Below the pieces are notes generated by a model. The model was given only the letters and a program-made list of their open reading frames with translations. It was not told where the DNA came from and did no database searches. A stretch of 64,000 nt of DNA from an uncultured delta proteobacterium (GTDB taxonomy: Bacteria > Desulfobacterota > Binatia > UBA9968): assembly GCA_963745035.1 (NCBI GenBank), contig CAVUVW010000011.1:128001-192000 (forward strand), in the 5' to 3' direction. This document shows positions 51,964 through 63,645 of the stretch, in pieces. Both the position numbers and the translations under genes were made by a program. Numbering within the stretch: position 1 is the stretch's first letter; every line of letters starts with the position of its first letter.

Positions 51964-52662
51964 CTAAAAATCAAAATAGGCGCGAATGTCGGCGGTATCG
52001 GAAACTACGATTTCTTGACTGCGCACGCCTGCGTGTTCATGCCAAGCTTTCAGTGTGTAGTTGCCCGGAGGGACATTGGATATGGTAAATGCGCCTTTGT
52101 CGTCTGTGACCGCAAAAAAAGAGTGATCGAAAACGTGGACAAAGCCTAGCATCCAGGCATGGGTGTCGCAGACGAGTTTGAGAATTCCCGCGTCGCGAAT
52201 CTTTTGAGTCGCATCCAAAATGGTGTTCTTGAACGGCAGGGAAAGCATGAACACGGTCTTTTCATTCAAGTAGGAGTGGGGAATATGGAGCTTGGGATCG
52301 TTGTTTCTGACTCTTAGACGCTCGCCTTTTCTCATGGCGAGGACGCGGGGCACATACTGGCAGCCGGTATTTTCAATGATGTTGTCTCTTTGCGGATCGA
52401 CGGGCGTTGCCGCTTGCAGGACCTCGAGGAAAACGACGACGTTTTTCAATCCGCCGTTTGGATCCACGAGATAGGTTTCATTGGGCAACGTATCGCCGCA
52501 GTAATCCTGGTCCTTGGTGACTTTAACGGAGGGCAGCTTAGGGGCGGTGTCGATAAACTTTACTGCGCCGGTAATCGAACCCGCGTCCGCGGCGTTTACT
52601 GCGAATAACGACGCCGCTATGAATGCGATTTTTACAAGGTGTAGTTTTCCTTGCAGCGTCAT
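51964..52662 (-). CDS. Secreted cupredoxin-like/carboxypeptidase-regulatory-like domain protein
   Basis: GLKNVVV, CQYVPRV, N.DP.LH, CDTHAWM, VPPGNYTLKAWHE. Confidence 0.75.
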   Translation of the reverse strand: MTLQGKLHLVKIAFIAASLFAVNAADAGSITGAVKFIDTAPKLPSVKVTKDQDYCGDTLPNETYLVDPNGGLKNVVVFLEVLQAATPVDPQRDNIIENTGCQYVPRVLAMRKGERLRVRNNDPKLHIPHSYLNEKTVFMLSLPFKNTILDATQKIRDAGILKLVCDTHAWMLGFVHVFDHSFFAVTDDKGAFTISNVPPGNYTLKAWHEHAGVRSQEIVVSDTADIRAYFDF

Positions 52663-52976
52663 TTTGGCGCGGTCTTGGCCTTGGCCGGCGCGGCTTTCTT
52701 CTGGGCGGCGAAATAGTCGGCGATTTCGTCGACGCCGAACTCTAAGACATACTTCGCGTAGGGTTCCATTTCCGGCGACTGCCGTTTACCTTCGGCATAC
52801 GCGGTGATCGTCTGCTTGAAATACGCCTTGTCCATGCCGGCCAGGGCCGGGACCGTCTTGCTGGGCGGGTTGCCGCCGAAGCCATGGCATGCGCTGCAGA
52901 CCATCGCTTTTTGCGCGCCAGGCGAATCGAGCGGCCCGGCGTCAGCGGCGGATACGCCGATAAAAATTCCCGCCAC
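52659..52976 (-). CDS. Monoheme cytochrome c (c553/FccA-like); 5' end probably frameshifted
   Basis: CSACHG, PALAG, GKRQSPEM. Confidence 0.85.
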   Translation of the reverse strand: MAGIFIGVSAADAGPLDSPGAQKAMVCSACHGFGGNPPSKTVPALAGMDKAYFKQTITAYAEGKRQSPEMEPYAKYVLEFGVDEIADYFAAQKKAAPAKAKTAPK

Positions 52977-53025
52977 CAGCGTAGCTAGAGTCGACTTTGA
53001 GTGGGCTTCTCATGATTGTCCTCGC

Positions 53026-54279
53026 TCATCCCAAGACGTCGTTCCAGATGCTGGCGCGCCATGCGAGCGAATTCTGCGCGACGGCGACGCTTTTGCCCGG
53101 CGTGAGCTTCTGCTCGATCTGCACGACCTTGCCCTTGTCGATTTTGTACGCATTCACCACGGCGATGGCTTCTTTGTCGTTGACCCAACTATAGCAGGTG
53201 TTGCCGGGCGCCAGCACCGGCGGTTCCTTCCCTTTGAGCAGACTCACCACCGCAGTGGCGCTGATTTTTCCCATGGCATTGGCGATATTGCCGGACTTGG
53301 GCACGGGCAGCCCGATAGTCGCATCGCCGATGACGTGAATGTTTTTCTGCTTCACCGACTCATACGTGACGTGGTCGACTTCGCACCAGCGCTTGTCGGC
53401 GCCGACCAGATCGGCGTCCACCGCGATGCTGTTGGCGCGCTGCGGCGGAATCAGGTTGATGACATCGTAGTTCACTTTGTCGCCGATGTCGGTCGTGACT
53501 TCCCTAGCGCCGACATCGATTTTTTCGACCTTCTGCGCCGGGCGATACTCGAGGTTCGGATAGTCTTTGAATACCGCCTTGAAGAGCCCGGTCTTGGAAA
53601 CGATGTCCTTATTGGCATCGAGCACGATCAACTTCGACTTGGGCTTTTTGGTCTGCAAGAACCAGGCGATCATTGAAGCCCGCTCGTAAGGACCCGGCGG
53701 GCAACGGTAAGCCACCGGCGGTACGGTCATGACCACCACGCCGCCGTCGCTCATCGATTCGAGTTGTTTGGCGAGCTGCACCGTCTGCGGCCCGGCTTTC
53801 CAGGCGTGCAGTACCGTATCTTTAGCTTGCTCGAGGCCTTCGACTTGGTCCCAGAGAAAATCGATGCCAGGCGAAACGATCAGCCGATCGTAGGCGAGCG
53901 AATCCTTGCCGACGCGCACCTGCTTCTTGTCCGGATCGATGGCGCTCGCTGCTTCGTGGCGAATCCTCACGCCGTGTTTACGCAGGCCGTTGTAGTTCAT
54001 GGTTAGCGTTTTCAGATTCTCCACGCCGGCCACGACCAGATTGCTGAATGGGCAGGAAATGAATTCCTTATTCGGTTCAAGCAGGGTTACCTCAAGGCTG
54101 GAATCGTGCAGGCGCAAGTACTTGGCCGCCGACGCACCCCCCCAGCCTCCGCCAATGACGATCACTCTGCGCTTCGCTTCGGCGGCGAAGGCTGGAACAC
54201 CGCCGAGTCCAAGCAACGTCATGCTCGCGCCCGAGGCTTTTAGAAAGCCGCGCCGGCTGATCTGTCGCATACTACGCAC
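53026..54279 (-). CDS. fccB: Flavocytochrome c sulfide dehydrogenase flavoprotein subunit (FccB/SoxF)
   Basis: Tat SRRGFLK, GGGWGG, SCPFSN, HAWKAGPQT, YRCPPGPYER, PKSG, NTCYS. Confidence 0.88.
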   Translation of the reverse strand: MRSMRQISRRGFLKASGASMTLLGLGGVPAFAAEAKRRVIVIGGGWGGASAAKYLRLHDSSLEVTLLEPNKEFISCPFSNLVVAGVENLKTLTMNYNGLRKHGVRIRHEAASAIDPDKKQVRVGKDSLAYDRLIVSPGIDFLWDQVEGLEQAKDTVLHAWKAGPQTVQLAKQLESMSDGGVVVMTVPPVAYRCPPGPYERASMIAWFLQTKKPKSKLIVLDANKDIVSKTGLFKAVFKDYPNLEYRPAQKVEKIDVGAREVTTDIGDKVNYDVINLIPPQRANSIAVDADLVGADKRWCEVDHVTYESVKQKNIHVIGDATIGLPVPKSGNIANAMGKISATAVVSLLKGKEPPVLAPGNTCYSWVNDKEAIAVVNAYKIDKGKVVQIEQKLTPGKSVAVAQNSLAWRASIWNDVLG

Positions 54280-54425
54280 CTCGCTGTTGCAGATGAAAAG
54301 TCGATGGAATTGCCCGTAGATACTCCTACCACGGGTCGCCTGTCAATAATTTTTGTCGCCGTGAATGCTTGCAAGCATGCAGATGTTGATTGCGCCTGAG
54401 GGATTGATTAGATTCACAAGCACAG

Positions 54426-54965
54426 ATGACAGACGATCCAGCCAAAATGTGCAGTGTTAAATTGTCGCGCCGCTTGTTTTTGAGACTGGCGGCAATGGTT
54501 GGCGCTCTTGGCGCAACTTGGCGGGAGTTTATTGAGCCAGGGGCCGCGTCTGCCCAAGGGCAGGGGCTCGGCTGGCCGCTTGCGGACGAGCCGGTGGAAG
54601 CAACGTTGAAGCGGCTGTTCGGCGATCGTAAGTTCAACTCGGGGGATGGCAGAATTAAAATGACCTTGCCCGCCATCGCCGAAGACGGCGGCAACGTGGC
54701 GATCTCGGTGGACGCCGACTTTCCCGTGACAGGCGCGCCGCGCGCGAATCATATTTATATTGTTTCCGATAAGAACCGCCGGCCGATGCTGGCGAAGTTT
54801 TCTCTCACGAGCGAGTCGGGCAGAGCGGCGGTCGCCACCAGCGTTCGCCTGGCAACGAGCACGGATGTGCGCGCCATCGTCGAGATGAGCGACGGGACGC
54901 TCTACGCGGTCAGTAAACCGGTGCGCGTGACGATCAGCGGCTGCGATCTACCGCCGTCCGGCTAA
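54426..54965 (+). CDS. soxY: SoxY-like sulfur carrier
   Basis: Tat-like SRRLFL, PAIAEDG..V, VRAIVEMSDG, VRVTISGC. Confidence 0.78.
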   Translation: MTDDPAKMCSVKLSRRLFLRLAAMVGALGATWREFIEPGAASAQGQGLGWPLADEPVEATLKRLFGDRKFNSGDGRIKMTLPAIAEDGGNVAISVDADFPVTGAPRANHIYIVSDKNRRPMLAKFSLTSESGRAAVATSVRLATSTDVRAIVEMSDGTLYAVSKPVRVTISGCDLPPSG

Positions 54966-55054
54966 TAACCGGGTTCAAAACGTTCAAGTTGTTCAAAATG
55001 TTCGAAACGTTCGGACCGAACACGAGATTGATTTTTAGCCAACCGAGTTGAGCA

Positions 55055-55387
55055 ATGGCGGAAGTAGGAAGAGTCAGTATCCGACTGCCATCGTCGATCA
55101 AGCAGGGCGACGTGATTCGCGTGCGCACCCTGGTCATCCATCCGATGGAAATCGTGCAGCGTGATAAGCAGACAAAAATCATCCCTAAGAATTATCATTT
55201 CATTCACGCCATGACGGCGGCGTTCAACGGCAAGGAAATCATGCGCGCCGAGTTGACCCAGGGAGTGAGCCAGAATCCGAGCTTCACTTTTCCGCTGAAA
55301 GTCGATCGACCGGGAAAGCTAACCGTGACGTTCTCCGATACGACGGGCAAGGACTATACCGGGCAGGCGGAGGTGCGGTTGTCCTAA
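55055..55387 (+). CDS. soxZ: SoxZ
   Basis: VRTLVIHPME, IP..HFI, VSQNPSFTF. Confidence 0.85.
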   Translation: MAEVGRVSIRLPSSIKQGDVIRVRTLVIHPMEIVQRDKQTKIIPKNYHFIHAMTAAFNGKEIMRAELTQGVSQNPSFTFPLKVDRPGKLTVTFSDTTGKDYTGQAEVRLS

Positions 55388-55487
55388 GCTGTGATGGGGT
55401 CGAGGATGGAGGATGGTTTTTTCGATCTTCCATCCTCTATCCTCTATTTTCGGCGGATCTCGGTCAGCCGTGCTTGCAACCGTCGTC

Positions 55488-56699
55488 ATGACACCCCAAT
55501 CGCCGGCCTTTGGCTCCTTTCTCCACGAGCAATACGATAAAATATTTGGGCGCCCCTGGCCGGTCGTGCCGTCGGCGCTGGCGGTGGCGATGCTGAGCGT
55601 TTTTCTCTTTGCCTTCGACCGGCCGTGGACCGCGTCGGACGGTCTGCGCAATTGGGGTGATTGGTTTTTTCAGTCGCTCGGCGTCACGGCGCAAGCCGAT
55701 CTGTTGTCGCCGCATCTTTATTCCGGTTCGGTGCTGAATTTCGGCCTGCTCGCCGGCGGTTTGGCCACCGCGCTTCTGAGCCGGGAATTTGCCTTGCGCG
55801 CCGCGCCGCCCACCGAATTGCTCAAGGGCGCGCTTGGCGGCTTGCTCATGGGCTGCGGCGCGATGCTGGCATTCGGCTGCAATATCGGCGGCTTTTTTAG
55901 CGCGCTGGCGGCGCTCTCGGCGAGTGGCGCAGCGATGATGATCGGCTTGGCGCTCGGCGCCTTCGCCGGCACGCGCTATCTTATTCGCGAAAACGCAAAA
56001 GCGATCGAAGCCGGCAAGTTGCCGTTTCCGTCGGCTTGCGAAGCACCGCCGCGTCCGGCGCCGCTCGCCGCGGCTTTCACGCTGCAACCGTGCGCCGGCT
56101 TGTTCGTCTTTGCCGCTGTCTTGGCCGCGGGATTTGCATATCACCAATTGGGCCACACGCGGCTGGCGGTGTTTTTGTACTTCGGTCTTGCCTTCGGCGT
56201 CGTCCTTCAACGCTCGCGCTTTTGCCTGGTCCATGCCTTTCGCGAGCCGTTCATGAGCGGCGCCGGCGAGCACGCGCGCGCGGCGGCGCTGGCGCTTGCG
56301 CTCGCGATGATCGGCTTCGCGATTCTCAAGGCCACCGATTTGAAGGACGCATCCGAGTGGGTTTTCCCGGCGTTTTGGTTTGGCGCGTCGGTCGGTGGTT
56401 TTCTTTTCGGCATCGGCATGGTCTTGGCCGGTGGCTGCGGCGCCGGCTCGATCTGGCGCGCCGGCGAGGGCCACGTGAAGCTCTGGGTTGCGCTGCTTTT
56501 TTTTGCCGCGGGCGCATCGATCATGCGCCAGTCGCTGGCGCGCACAGATCTTATTCGGCAACTGGGCGATGCCATTTTTCTCCCCAACAATTTCGGCTGG
56601 CCCGGAGGGATATCGGCGGTGGCCGCGCTGATGATTATCTGGTATCTGCTAGCGGGATGGAACGAGCACAAAAAGCAGGCTGGAGTCCTGCGATTCTAA
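55488..56699 (+). CDS. YeeE/YedE (TsuA-like) thiosulfate transporter
   Basis: LAFGCNIG, QRSRFC, LAGGCGAG..WRAGEG. Confidence 0.88.
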   Translation: MTPQSPAFGSFLHEQYDKIFGRPWPVVPSALAVAMLSVFLFAFDRPWTASDGLRNWGDWFFQSLGVTAQADLLSPHLYSGSVLNFGLLAGGLATALLSREFALRAAPPTELLKGALGGLLMGCGAMLAFGCNIGGFFSALAALSASGAAMMIGLALGAFAGTRYLIRENAKAIEAGKLPFPSACEAPPRPAPLAAAFTLQPCAGLFVFAAVLAAGFAYHQLGHTRLAVFLYFGLAFGVVLQRSRFCLVHAFREPFMSGAGEHARAAALALALAMIGFAILKATDLKDASEWVFPAFWFGASVGGFLFGIGMVLAGGCGAGSIWRAGEGHVKLWVALLFFAAGASIMRQSLARTDLIRQLGDAIFLPNNFGWPGGISAVAALMIIWYLLAGWNEHKKQAGVLRF

Positions 56700-56717
56700 A
56701 CCGGATGTGAAATACTC

Positions 56718-57401
<684 letters not shown>

Positions 57402-57971
57402 TTGTTTGGAGAGCGGGTTTCAACCCGCTTGGCGGAAAGGAAAGTCCGCCTCGCGCGATGTCGCCCCTGTTGGAGAAACGCGGTGTACCCAACCAACGAA
57501 ATCGAAGCACTCGAGGCGCTCAGGGGCGATGACGCCGAGCTCGCGGCTACGGCAGAGGCGATTCTTTGGCGTGTCTGGTGCCGCTCGGACGATCCGGAGA
57601 CCGACCGGCTGTTTCGCGCCGGCGTCGACGCGATGCAGCAGAATCGCTTGGCGGACGCGGAAGATCTCTTTGCCCGCGTGATCGCCATGACTCCCGGTTT
57701 CGCCGAAGGCTGGAACAAGCGCGCGACGGTGCGCTATATGCGACATGACTTCACCGCGGCGGTGGCCGATTGCCGCGAGACTCTCGCGCGCAATCCGCAT
57801 CATTTCGGCGCGGCCTCAGGGCAAGGCCTTTGCCACATGTCGTTGAACCAGTTCCGCGAGGCGGCGGTGTGCTTTCGCCGGGCGCTGGAAATTCATCCGC
57901 ATCTAGATGCCGTGCGTCATAATCTCGCGATGGCGGAGGCCGAGGGCGGCGGCAGCGGGTATCTGCACTAA
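57402..57971 (+). CDS. Tetratricopeptide repeat protein
   Basis: FAEGWNKRAT, LARNPHHFGA, ALEIHP. Confidence 0.8.
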   Translation: MFGERVSTRLAERKVRLARCRPCWRNAVYPTNEIEALEALRGDDAELAATAEAILWRVWCRSDDPETDRLFRAGVDAMQQNRLADAEDLFARVIAMTPGFAEGWNKRATVRYMRHDFTAAVADCRETLARNPHHFGAASGQGLCHMSLNQFREAAVCFRRALEIHPHLDAVRHNLAMAEAEGGGSGYLH

Positions 57972-58262
57972 TAAAGATAACGTTCAAAACGTTCCAGCCG
58001 TTCCAATCGTTCAAGCCGTTTCGGATATCCTTCCGTTAAGATTCATGCTGAGAGAAGAGGCTTTCGACCCCAGCCTTGCATTGACCATTTGACTTTCACA
58101 CTACTAGCCACGTTCGCGCGCGTTCAGCGCGGCCGTGCAAGTTTCCGCTCGGTTCATTTTTTCCCTCTGGCATTTGACAGCCAGGAAGTTCATCAGGTAG
58201 GCTGCGCGCCAAAAGAAGGCAGCCGATGATCCAATGATTAAGTGCAACGGAGGAGGCACAGG

Positions 58263-59716
58263 TATGTTGAAGAAGTTTGCTCTCGCGGTCGTGCTGGTGA
58301 GCGTGTGCGGTCCAAGGGCGACCGCGTCGGGCTCCGATCTACAACAGATTGCCGACGCTCTGGATGTCTCGACAACCAAGACGTTTCAGTTCACGGGAAA
58401 TGGTCGAATGTTTTCAGTGGGCCAGAGCCGCGAGCCCCGTGGCGGCCTTTCCCCGGTATTATGTGAAGAGTTTGACGCGAATCTATGATTTCACGGCCGG
58501 CGCCATGCGCGATGAAATGGTGCGCACGCAAGGTGAAGTGCCGCCGCTCGGCGGCGGCGGGCAGCCCATCGAAGGTGATCAGAGCACGGTGTCATTGGTG
58601 CACGGCGATCACGCCTGGAACGACCGGCAAAGTTGCGGCGCCGCGAGTCTGGGAAGCTTCGGACCGCGCGCATCAGATTGTGATCTCGCCGCATGGTGTC
58701 GTGCGCGGCGCTTTCGCCAACAAAGCTGCGGTCAGTAAAAAGAACATCGACGGCCGTTCGATGACGGTGATTACTTTCAGTGACAACAAGCAGAAGGTGA
58801 TCGCCTACGCCAACGACCAAAACGCCATCGAGACAGTCGAGTCCTGGTATGGCCATCCGGTCGCTGGCGATATGAAGGTCGTGACTCACTATGGCCCGTA
58901 CCGGGATTTCGCCGGCGTCAAATTCCCGAGCAAAATAGTTCAATACCAGGAAGGTAACGTGACTTTGGACCTGACCGTCACTGCGGTCAGGGCCAATCCG
59001 CCGCTGGCGGTCGAAGTCCCGCGAAGACGTCCGCACCAACCCGGCCGCCGGTAAAATCCGAGAAGGCGGCCGAGGGAGTTTGGTACATCACCGGCGGCTC
59101 GCATCACAGCGCGCTGATCGAGATGAAAGATTACCTGATCGTCGTCGAAGGGCCGCAGGGCGACCCGCGGTCGATGGCGGTCATGGCCGAAGCCAAAAAA
59201 CTCGTGCCCAACAAGCCGATCAAATATCTCGTCAATACGCACCATCATTTCGATCATTCCTCCGGCGTGCGCGGCTTACGCCGCGGAAGGCGTGACGATC
59301 GTCACCCATGAGCTGAACCGCCCTTACTTCGAGCGCGCGGCCCTCAATTCCTGGAATTATGGACCCGACCGTCTGGCCAAGTCGAAGAAGAAACCAGTGT
59401 TCCAGACGATGGGCGACAACATGGTGCTCACCGACGGAACGCGATCGGTGGAGCTTTACCAGATGGTCGGCAACGCTCATCATGACGGTTTGATCATGGC
59501 TTACCTGCGCAAAGAAAGACTCTTGATCGAAGCGGACGCCTATACGCCCGGGCGCGGCGCCAAAGACGCCGGATCCTTTCAGCGTCAATTTAGAAGCCAA
59601 CGTTCGACGTCTGGGTCTCGACGTCGAGCGCATCCTGCCCTTGCATGGCATGATCGTTCCTTATGGCGAGTTGATGAAGGCGATCGGCAAAGGGCCGGCG
59701 GCGAAAAAGGAGTAGG
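58263..59716 (+). CDS. Secreted MBL-fold metallo-hydrolase, copy 1 (multiple frameshifts)
   Basis: YRDFAGVKFP, VNTHHHFDHSSG, LLIEAD. Confidence 0.78.
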
Positions 59717-59834
59717 GATGTCCCTAGCGCGAGCGTGCCTGTGGCACTTGCGCTTTTTCGAACGGCGAAACGTGGGAAGCAGCGGGTGGCCTGTTCTCGA
59801 GCTTGAATCGACTGAAAAACAGGGGGGCCAAGGT

Positions 59835-61280
59835 ATGATGAAGCGAGTTGTTGTGGCGCTGGCGCTGTGCGCGCTCATGGGCTCTAACGCCAAGCGCAGG
59901 AAACCGACCTTCAGCGTATCGCCGATGCGCTGGATGTATCCACGACCAAGACGTTTCAGTTCACCGCCAACGGCACCATGTATAACCTCGGCCAGAACGT
60001 CCAGCCCGGCCGCGCCGTGGCCCAGGTTTTTTGTCAAGAGTTTCACGCGGGTTTACGATTTCACTGCGCGGAGCGATGCGCGATCAAGTGGTGCGCATGA
60101 CGCGCCGAAGGCCCGACCGTCGGACCTGAGCAGCAAGTTAACATCGCAGTCAGCGGCGATCACGCCTGGAACGTGGCGGGCAAGGATATGCTGCCGAGGC
60201 TTTTCGAAGCCCCTCAGCGGGCGCACGAGATCGTGATCTCGCCTCACGGCTTGCTCCGCGCCGCATTTGCCAATAGCGCCGCCGTTACCAAGAAGACGAT
60301 CGAAGGACGGCCGATGACGGTTATTTCATTTACCGACCGAGGCAAACACAAGGTGGTCGCCTACGTGAATGAGCAGAACGCCATCGAGCGAGTCGAATTC
60401 GTCCTACGGCCACCCGATCGTCGGCGACATGAAGGTTGTGACTTACTACGGTCCTTATCGCGATTTTGCCGGCGTCAAGTTTCCGACCAAGATCATTCAG
60501 TACCAGGATGATAAGCCGACATTGGATTTGACGGTGACCGCCGTCAGAGCCAATCCGCCGGCGGATATCGAGGTCCCCGCCCATGTTCGAAATGAACCCG
60601 TGCCGGTGAAATCGGAAAAGGTGGCGGACGGGGTGTGGTACATCACCGGCGTTAACAACAACAGCGCCCTGATCGAGATGAAGGACTATCTCATTGTGGT
60701 CGAGGCGCCTCACGGGGAGCCGCGTTCTCTGGCTGTCTTAGGCGAAGTAAAGAAGTTAGTGCCGAGCAAGCCGATCAAGTATTTAGTTAACACGCACCAT
60801 CATTTCGACCACGCTTCCGGTGTCCGTACCTACGCGGCTGAGGGCGTTACCATCGTAACCCACGAAGTTAATCGGCCCTATTTCGAGCGGGCGGCGTTGA
60901 ACTCCTGGACATTGGCGCCTGATCGCTTGGCCAAATCGAAAAAGAAACCAGTGTTTCAAACCATGGGCGACAACATGGTGTTGACCGATGGCACGCGCTC
61001 GGTGGAACTTTATCAGATCGTCGGTAATCCGCATCACGATGGCATCATCATGGCTTACTTGCGCAAAGAAAAACTGCTCATCGAAGCCGATGTGTATACG
61101 CCGCTCGCACCTGGAGCCGAGCCGCCCAAGGTTCCCAATCCACAAGCGGTCAATCTGGAGTCCAACGTTCGACGCCTCGGCCTCGACGTCGACCGGATCG
61201 TATCGGTCCACGGCAGGGTCGTTCCTTATAGCGAGCTGCTCTCGACCATCGGCAAGAAGCCAGCGCCGGCCAAAAACTAA
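59835..61280 (+). CDS. Secreted MBL-fold metallo-hydrolase, copy 2 (5' frameshifts)
   Basis: VNTHHHFDHASG, HHDG, SVHG; highly similar to copy 1. Confidence 0.82.
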
Positions 61281-61290
61281 GTTACCATCT

Positions 61291-61315
61291 GCGGGCGCGC
61301 GCTCTGCGCGCCCGC
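61291..61315 (+). terminator. GC hairpin after MBL gene
   Basis: gcgggcgcgc-gctct-gcgcgcccgc; no clear U-tract. Confidence 0.35.
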
Positions 61316-61467
61316 TATCGGAAGTTCGCACACCCGCTTATTGGAGCGAGGTTCTTTCTCCAATGCTCCAATCGCTCCGCTGTTTCATTGCGCGATGAGT
61401 ACACCTCTTGCCCCACCCAGGCGGTACGATCTAAGATGGCGCGATTCAAAACGAGGCTCTGCAAATT

Positions 61468-62511
61468 GTGAGATCAAAAGCAATTCAAGCGTTAGCTCTT
61501 CTGCTCCTTAGTCTGGCGGCCACAGGGCCGGTTTGGGGACAGGCATCGTTCTATCAGGGAAAGACGATCCGCATCGTCGTCGGCTATCAATCCGGCGACA
61601 CCCACGATCTATGGGCGCGCGCCTATGCGCGCCACATGGGAAAACATATTCCCGGCAATCCGACGTTTGTTGTGCAGAATATGCCGGGGGCCGGCTCCAT
61701 GGTGGCGGCCAATCACGTTTACAACATCGCCAAGCCGGATGGCCTCACTTTGGGCTCCATTGCACCCGGACTTTATCTGCCGCAGATCACGGGCAGCAAC
61801 GAAGTGAAATTCGATTGGGCGAAGTATTCCTGGATCGGCACTCCCGAGCATAACGGAACGCTATTGTTCATGCGCTCGGATGCGCCGTTCAAGTCGATCG
61901 AGGATATTCGCAAAGCGAAAGACGGACCGAAGTGTTCCGCCACCGGCGTCGGCACGAGCGGGCACTTGATACCGCGCCTGCTCGAGGAGACGCTCAATCT
62001 CAAGTTTCAAATCGTCACGGGTTATCCGGGCGGGGCGGAGCAGGATCTCGCCCTGGAGCGCGGCGAAGTGCAGTGCCGCGCGATCACCGTGGCCGCCTTC
62101 TTCGGCCGGCAGCCGTTTCTGAACTGGCACAAGAGCGGCTTCGTGCGCATCATGATTCAAACTTCGCGAAAGCGTCATGGGAAGATTCCCGAAGTGCCGA
62201 CGCTCTGGGAATACATGGAAAAAGACAAACTGCCTGACGCCAATCGCCGCCTCGCCGTGGTTGCTCTGGGCGCGGGCGGTTTCGGTTCGTGGCCGATTGT
62301 CTCCACGCCCAGCTTGCCGCCGGATCGCCTGAAAATTCTGCGCGATGCGTACGCCAAGACGCTGCAGGAGCCCGACTTGCTCGAAGAGGCCAAGAAACGG
62401 GGCTGGGAATTGCGTCCGGTGAGCGGCGAAGATCTAGCAGGACTCGCCCAGGAAGTGAGCCGGCAGCCCGCCGACGTGGTGGAGCGGCTAAAAAAATTGC
62501 TGGGATCTTGA
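61468..62511 (+). CDS. Bug/TctC tripartite tricarboxylate transporter substrate-binding protein
   Basis: FYQGKTI, HIPGNP.FVVQNMPGAGS, KPDGLT, ALERGEV. Confidence 0.9.
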   Translation: MRSKAIQALALLLLSLAATGPVWGQASFYQGKTIRIVVGYQSGDTHDLWARAYARHMGKHIPGNPTFVVQNMPGAGSMVAANHVYNIAKPDGLTLGSIAPGLYLPQITGSNEVKFDWAKYSWIGTPEHNGTLLFMRSDAPFKSIEDIRKAKDGPKCSATGVGTSGHLIPRLLEETLNLKFQIVTGYPGGAEQDLALERGEVQCRAITVAAFFGRQPFLNWHKSGFVRIMIQTSRKRHGKIPEVPTLWEYMEKDKLPDANRRLAVVALGAGGFGSWPIVSTPSLPPDRLKILRDAYAKTLQEPDLLEEAKKRGWELRPVSGEDLAGLAQEVSRQPADVVERLKKLLGS

Positions 62512-62568
62512 AGAAGGCAATAGGCAACAGGCAACAGGCGTGAGTCGGATTCTGGATTCGAGGGGGCA

Positions 62569-63597
62569 ATGAGAAAATTGCTAATCAGTTTCGCGGTAAT
62601 TCTCCTCTCGGTCGCCGGCGCGCAGGCGCAGGCGCCGTTTTACCAAGGCAAGACGATCACGATCATCGTCGGTTATCTTTCCGGCGACGGTTACGACATT
62701 TGGGCGCGACTGTTGGCCGCGCACATGGGCAAGCATATTCCCGGCAATCCGGCGGTCATCGTGCAGAATATGCCCGGCGCGGGATCGATGATCGCCGCCA
62801 ATCATGTTTACAACGTCGCCAAGCCGGACGGTTTGACTCTCGGATCCATCGGACCTTCGCTCTATCTCGACCAAGTCGTCGGCAAAAAGGAAGTGCAATT
62901 CGATTGGGCGAAATTTGGCTGGGTCGGATCAACCGAGAGCACGCCGTGGCTTTTCTACATGAACACCAACACGCCGTTTAAATCCATCGAGGACGTGCGC
63001 AAAGCCAAGGAAGCGCCGAAGTGTTCGGCCACCAGCACGGGCACGAGCGGCCACTTTATTCCCAAACTGCTGGAAGATGCCATGGGCGCGAAATTTACCG
63101 TAGTGATGGGCTACAAGGGCGGCGCCGAGCAGGACCTCGCGTTCGAGCGCGGCGAGGTCGTGTGCCGGGCGCTCAGCATCCCGACCTTCTTCGCACGCGA
63201 GCCGTTTACCACGTGGCGGAAGGAAAATCGGGTGCGCATTCTGATGCAAACCGGGCGCAAGCGCGACGCGAAAATGCCAGATGTGCCGACCATCCATGAG
63301 CTGATGAACGAGTACAAGACGCCGGCGAACACGCGCGCCCTGGTCTCGGCTGTATTGGCTTCAGGCGATATCGGCCGGCCGTTCATCGCGCCGCCGGGCC
63401 TGCCGGCCGATCGAATGAACGTTCTGCGCGATGGTTTCAAGAAGACGATGAGCGACCCTGGTTTTCTCGCCGAAGTAAAGGCGCGAAAGTTTGTGGCCGA
63501 TCCGGAGTACGGCGAGGAACTCGAAAAACTCGCCAAAGAAATCGTTGCCCAGCCGCGCGAGATCGCCGAACTCATGAAAAAGTTACTGACCGAATGA
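62569..63597 (+). CDS. Bug/TctC substrate-binding protein (paralogue)
   Basis: Same motifs as the upstream gene. Confidence 0.9.
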   Translation: MRKLLISFAVILLSVAGAQAQAPFYQGKTITIIVGYLSGDGYDIWARLLAAHMGKHIPGNPAVIVQNMPGAGSMIAANHVYNVAKPDGLTLGSIGPSLYLDQVVGKKEVQFDWAKFGWVGSTESTPWLFYMNTNTPFKSIEDVRKAKEAPKCSATSTGTSGHFIPKLLEDAMGAKFTVVMGYKGGAEQDLAFERGEVVCRALSIPTFFAREPFTTWRKENRVRILMQTGRKRDAKMPDVPTIHELMNEYKTPANTRALVSAVLASGDIGRPFIAPPGLPADRMNVLRDGFKKTMSDPGFLAEVKARKFVADPEYGEELEKLAKEIVAQPREIAELMKKLLTE

Positions 63598-63645
63598 TCC
63601 TTCGCAGCCGAGAAAATTTAGACAGTTCGGCGAGACACTAAACCG

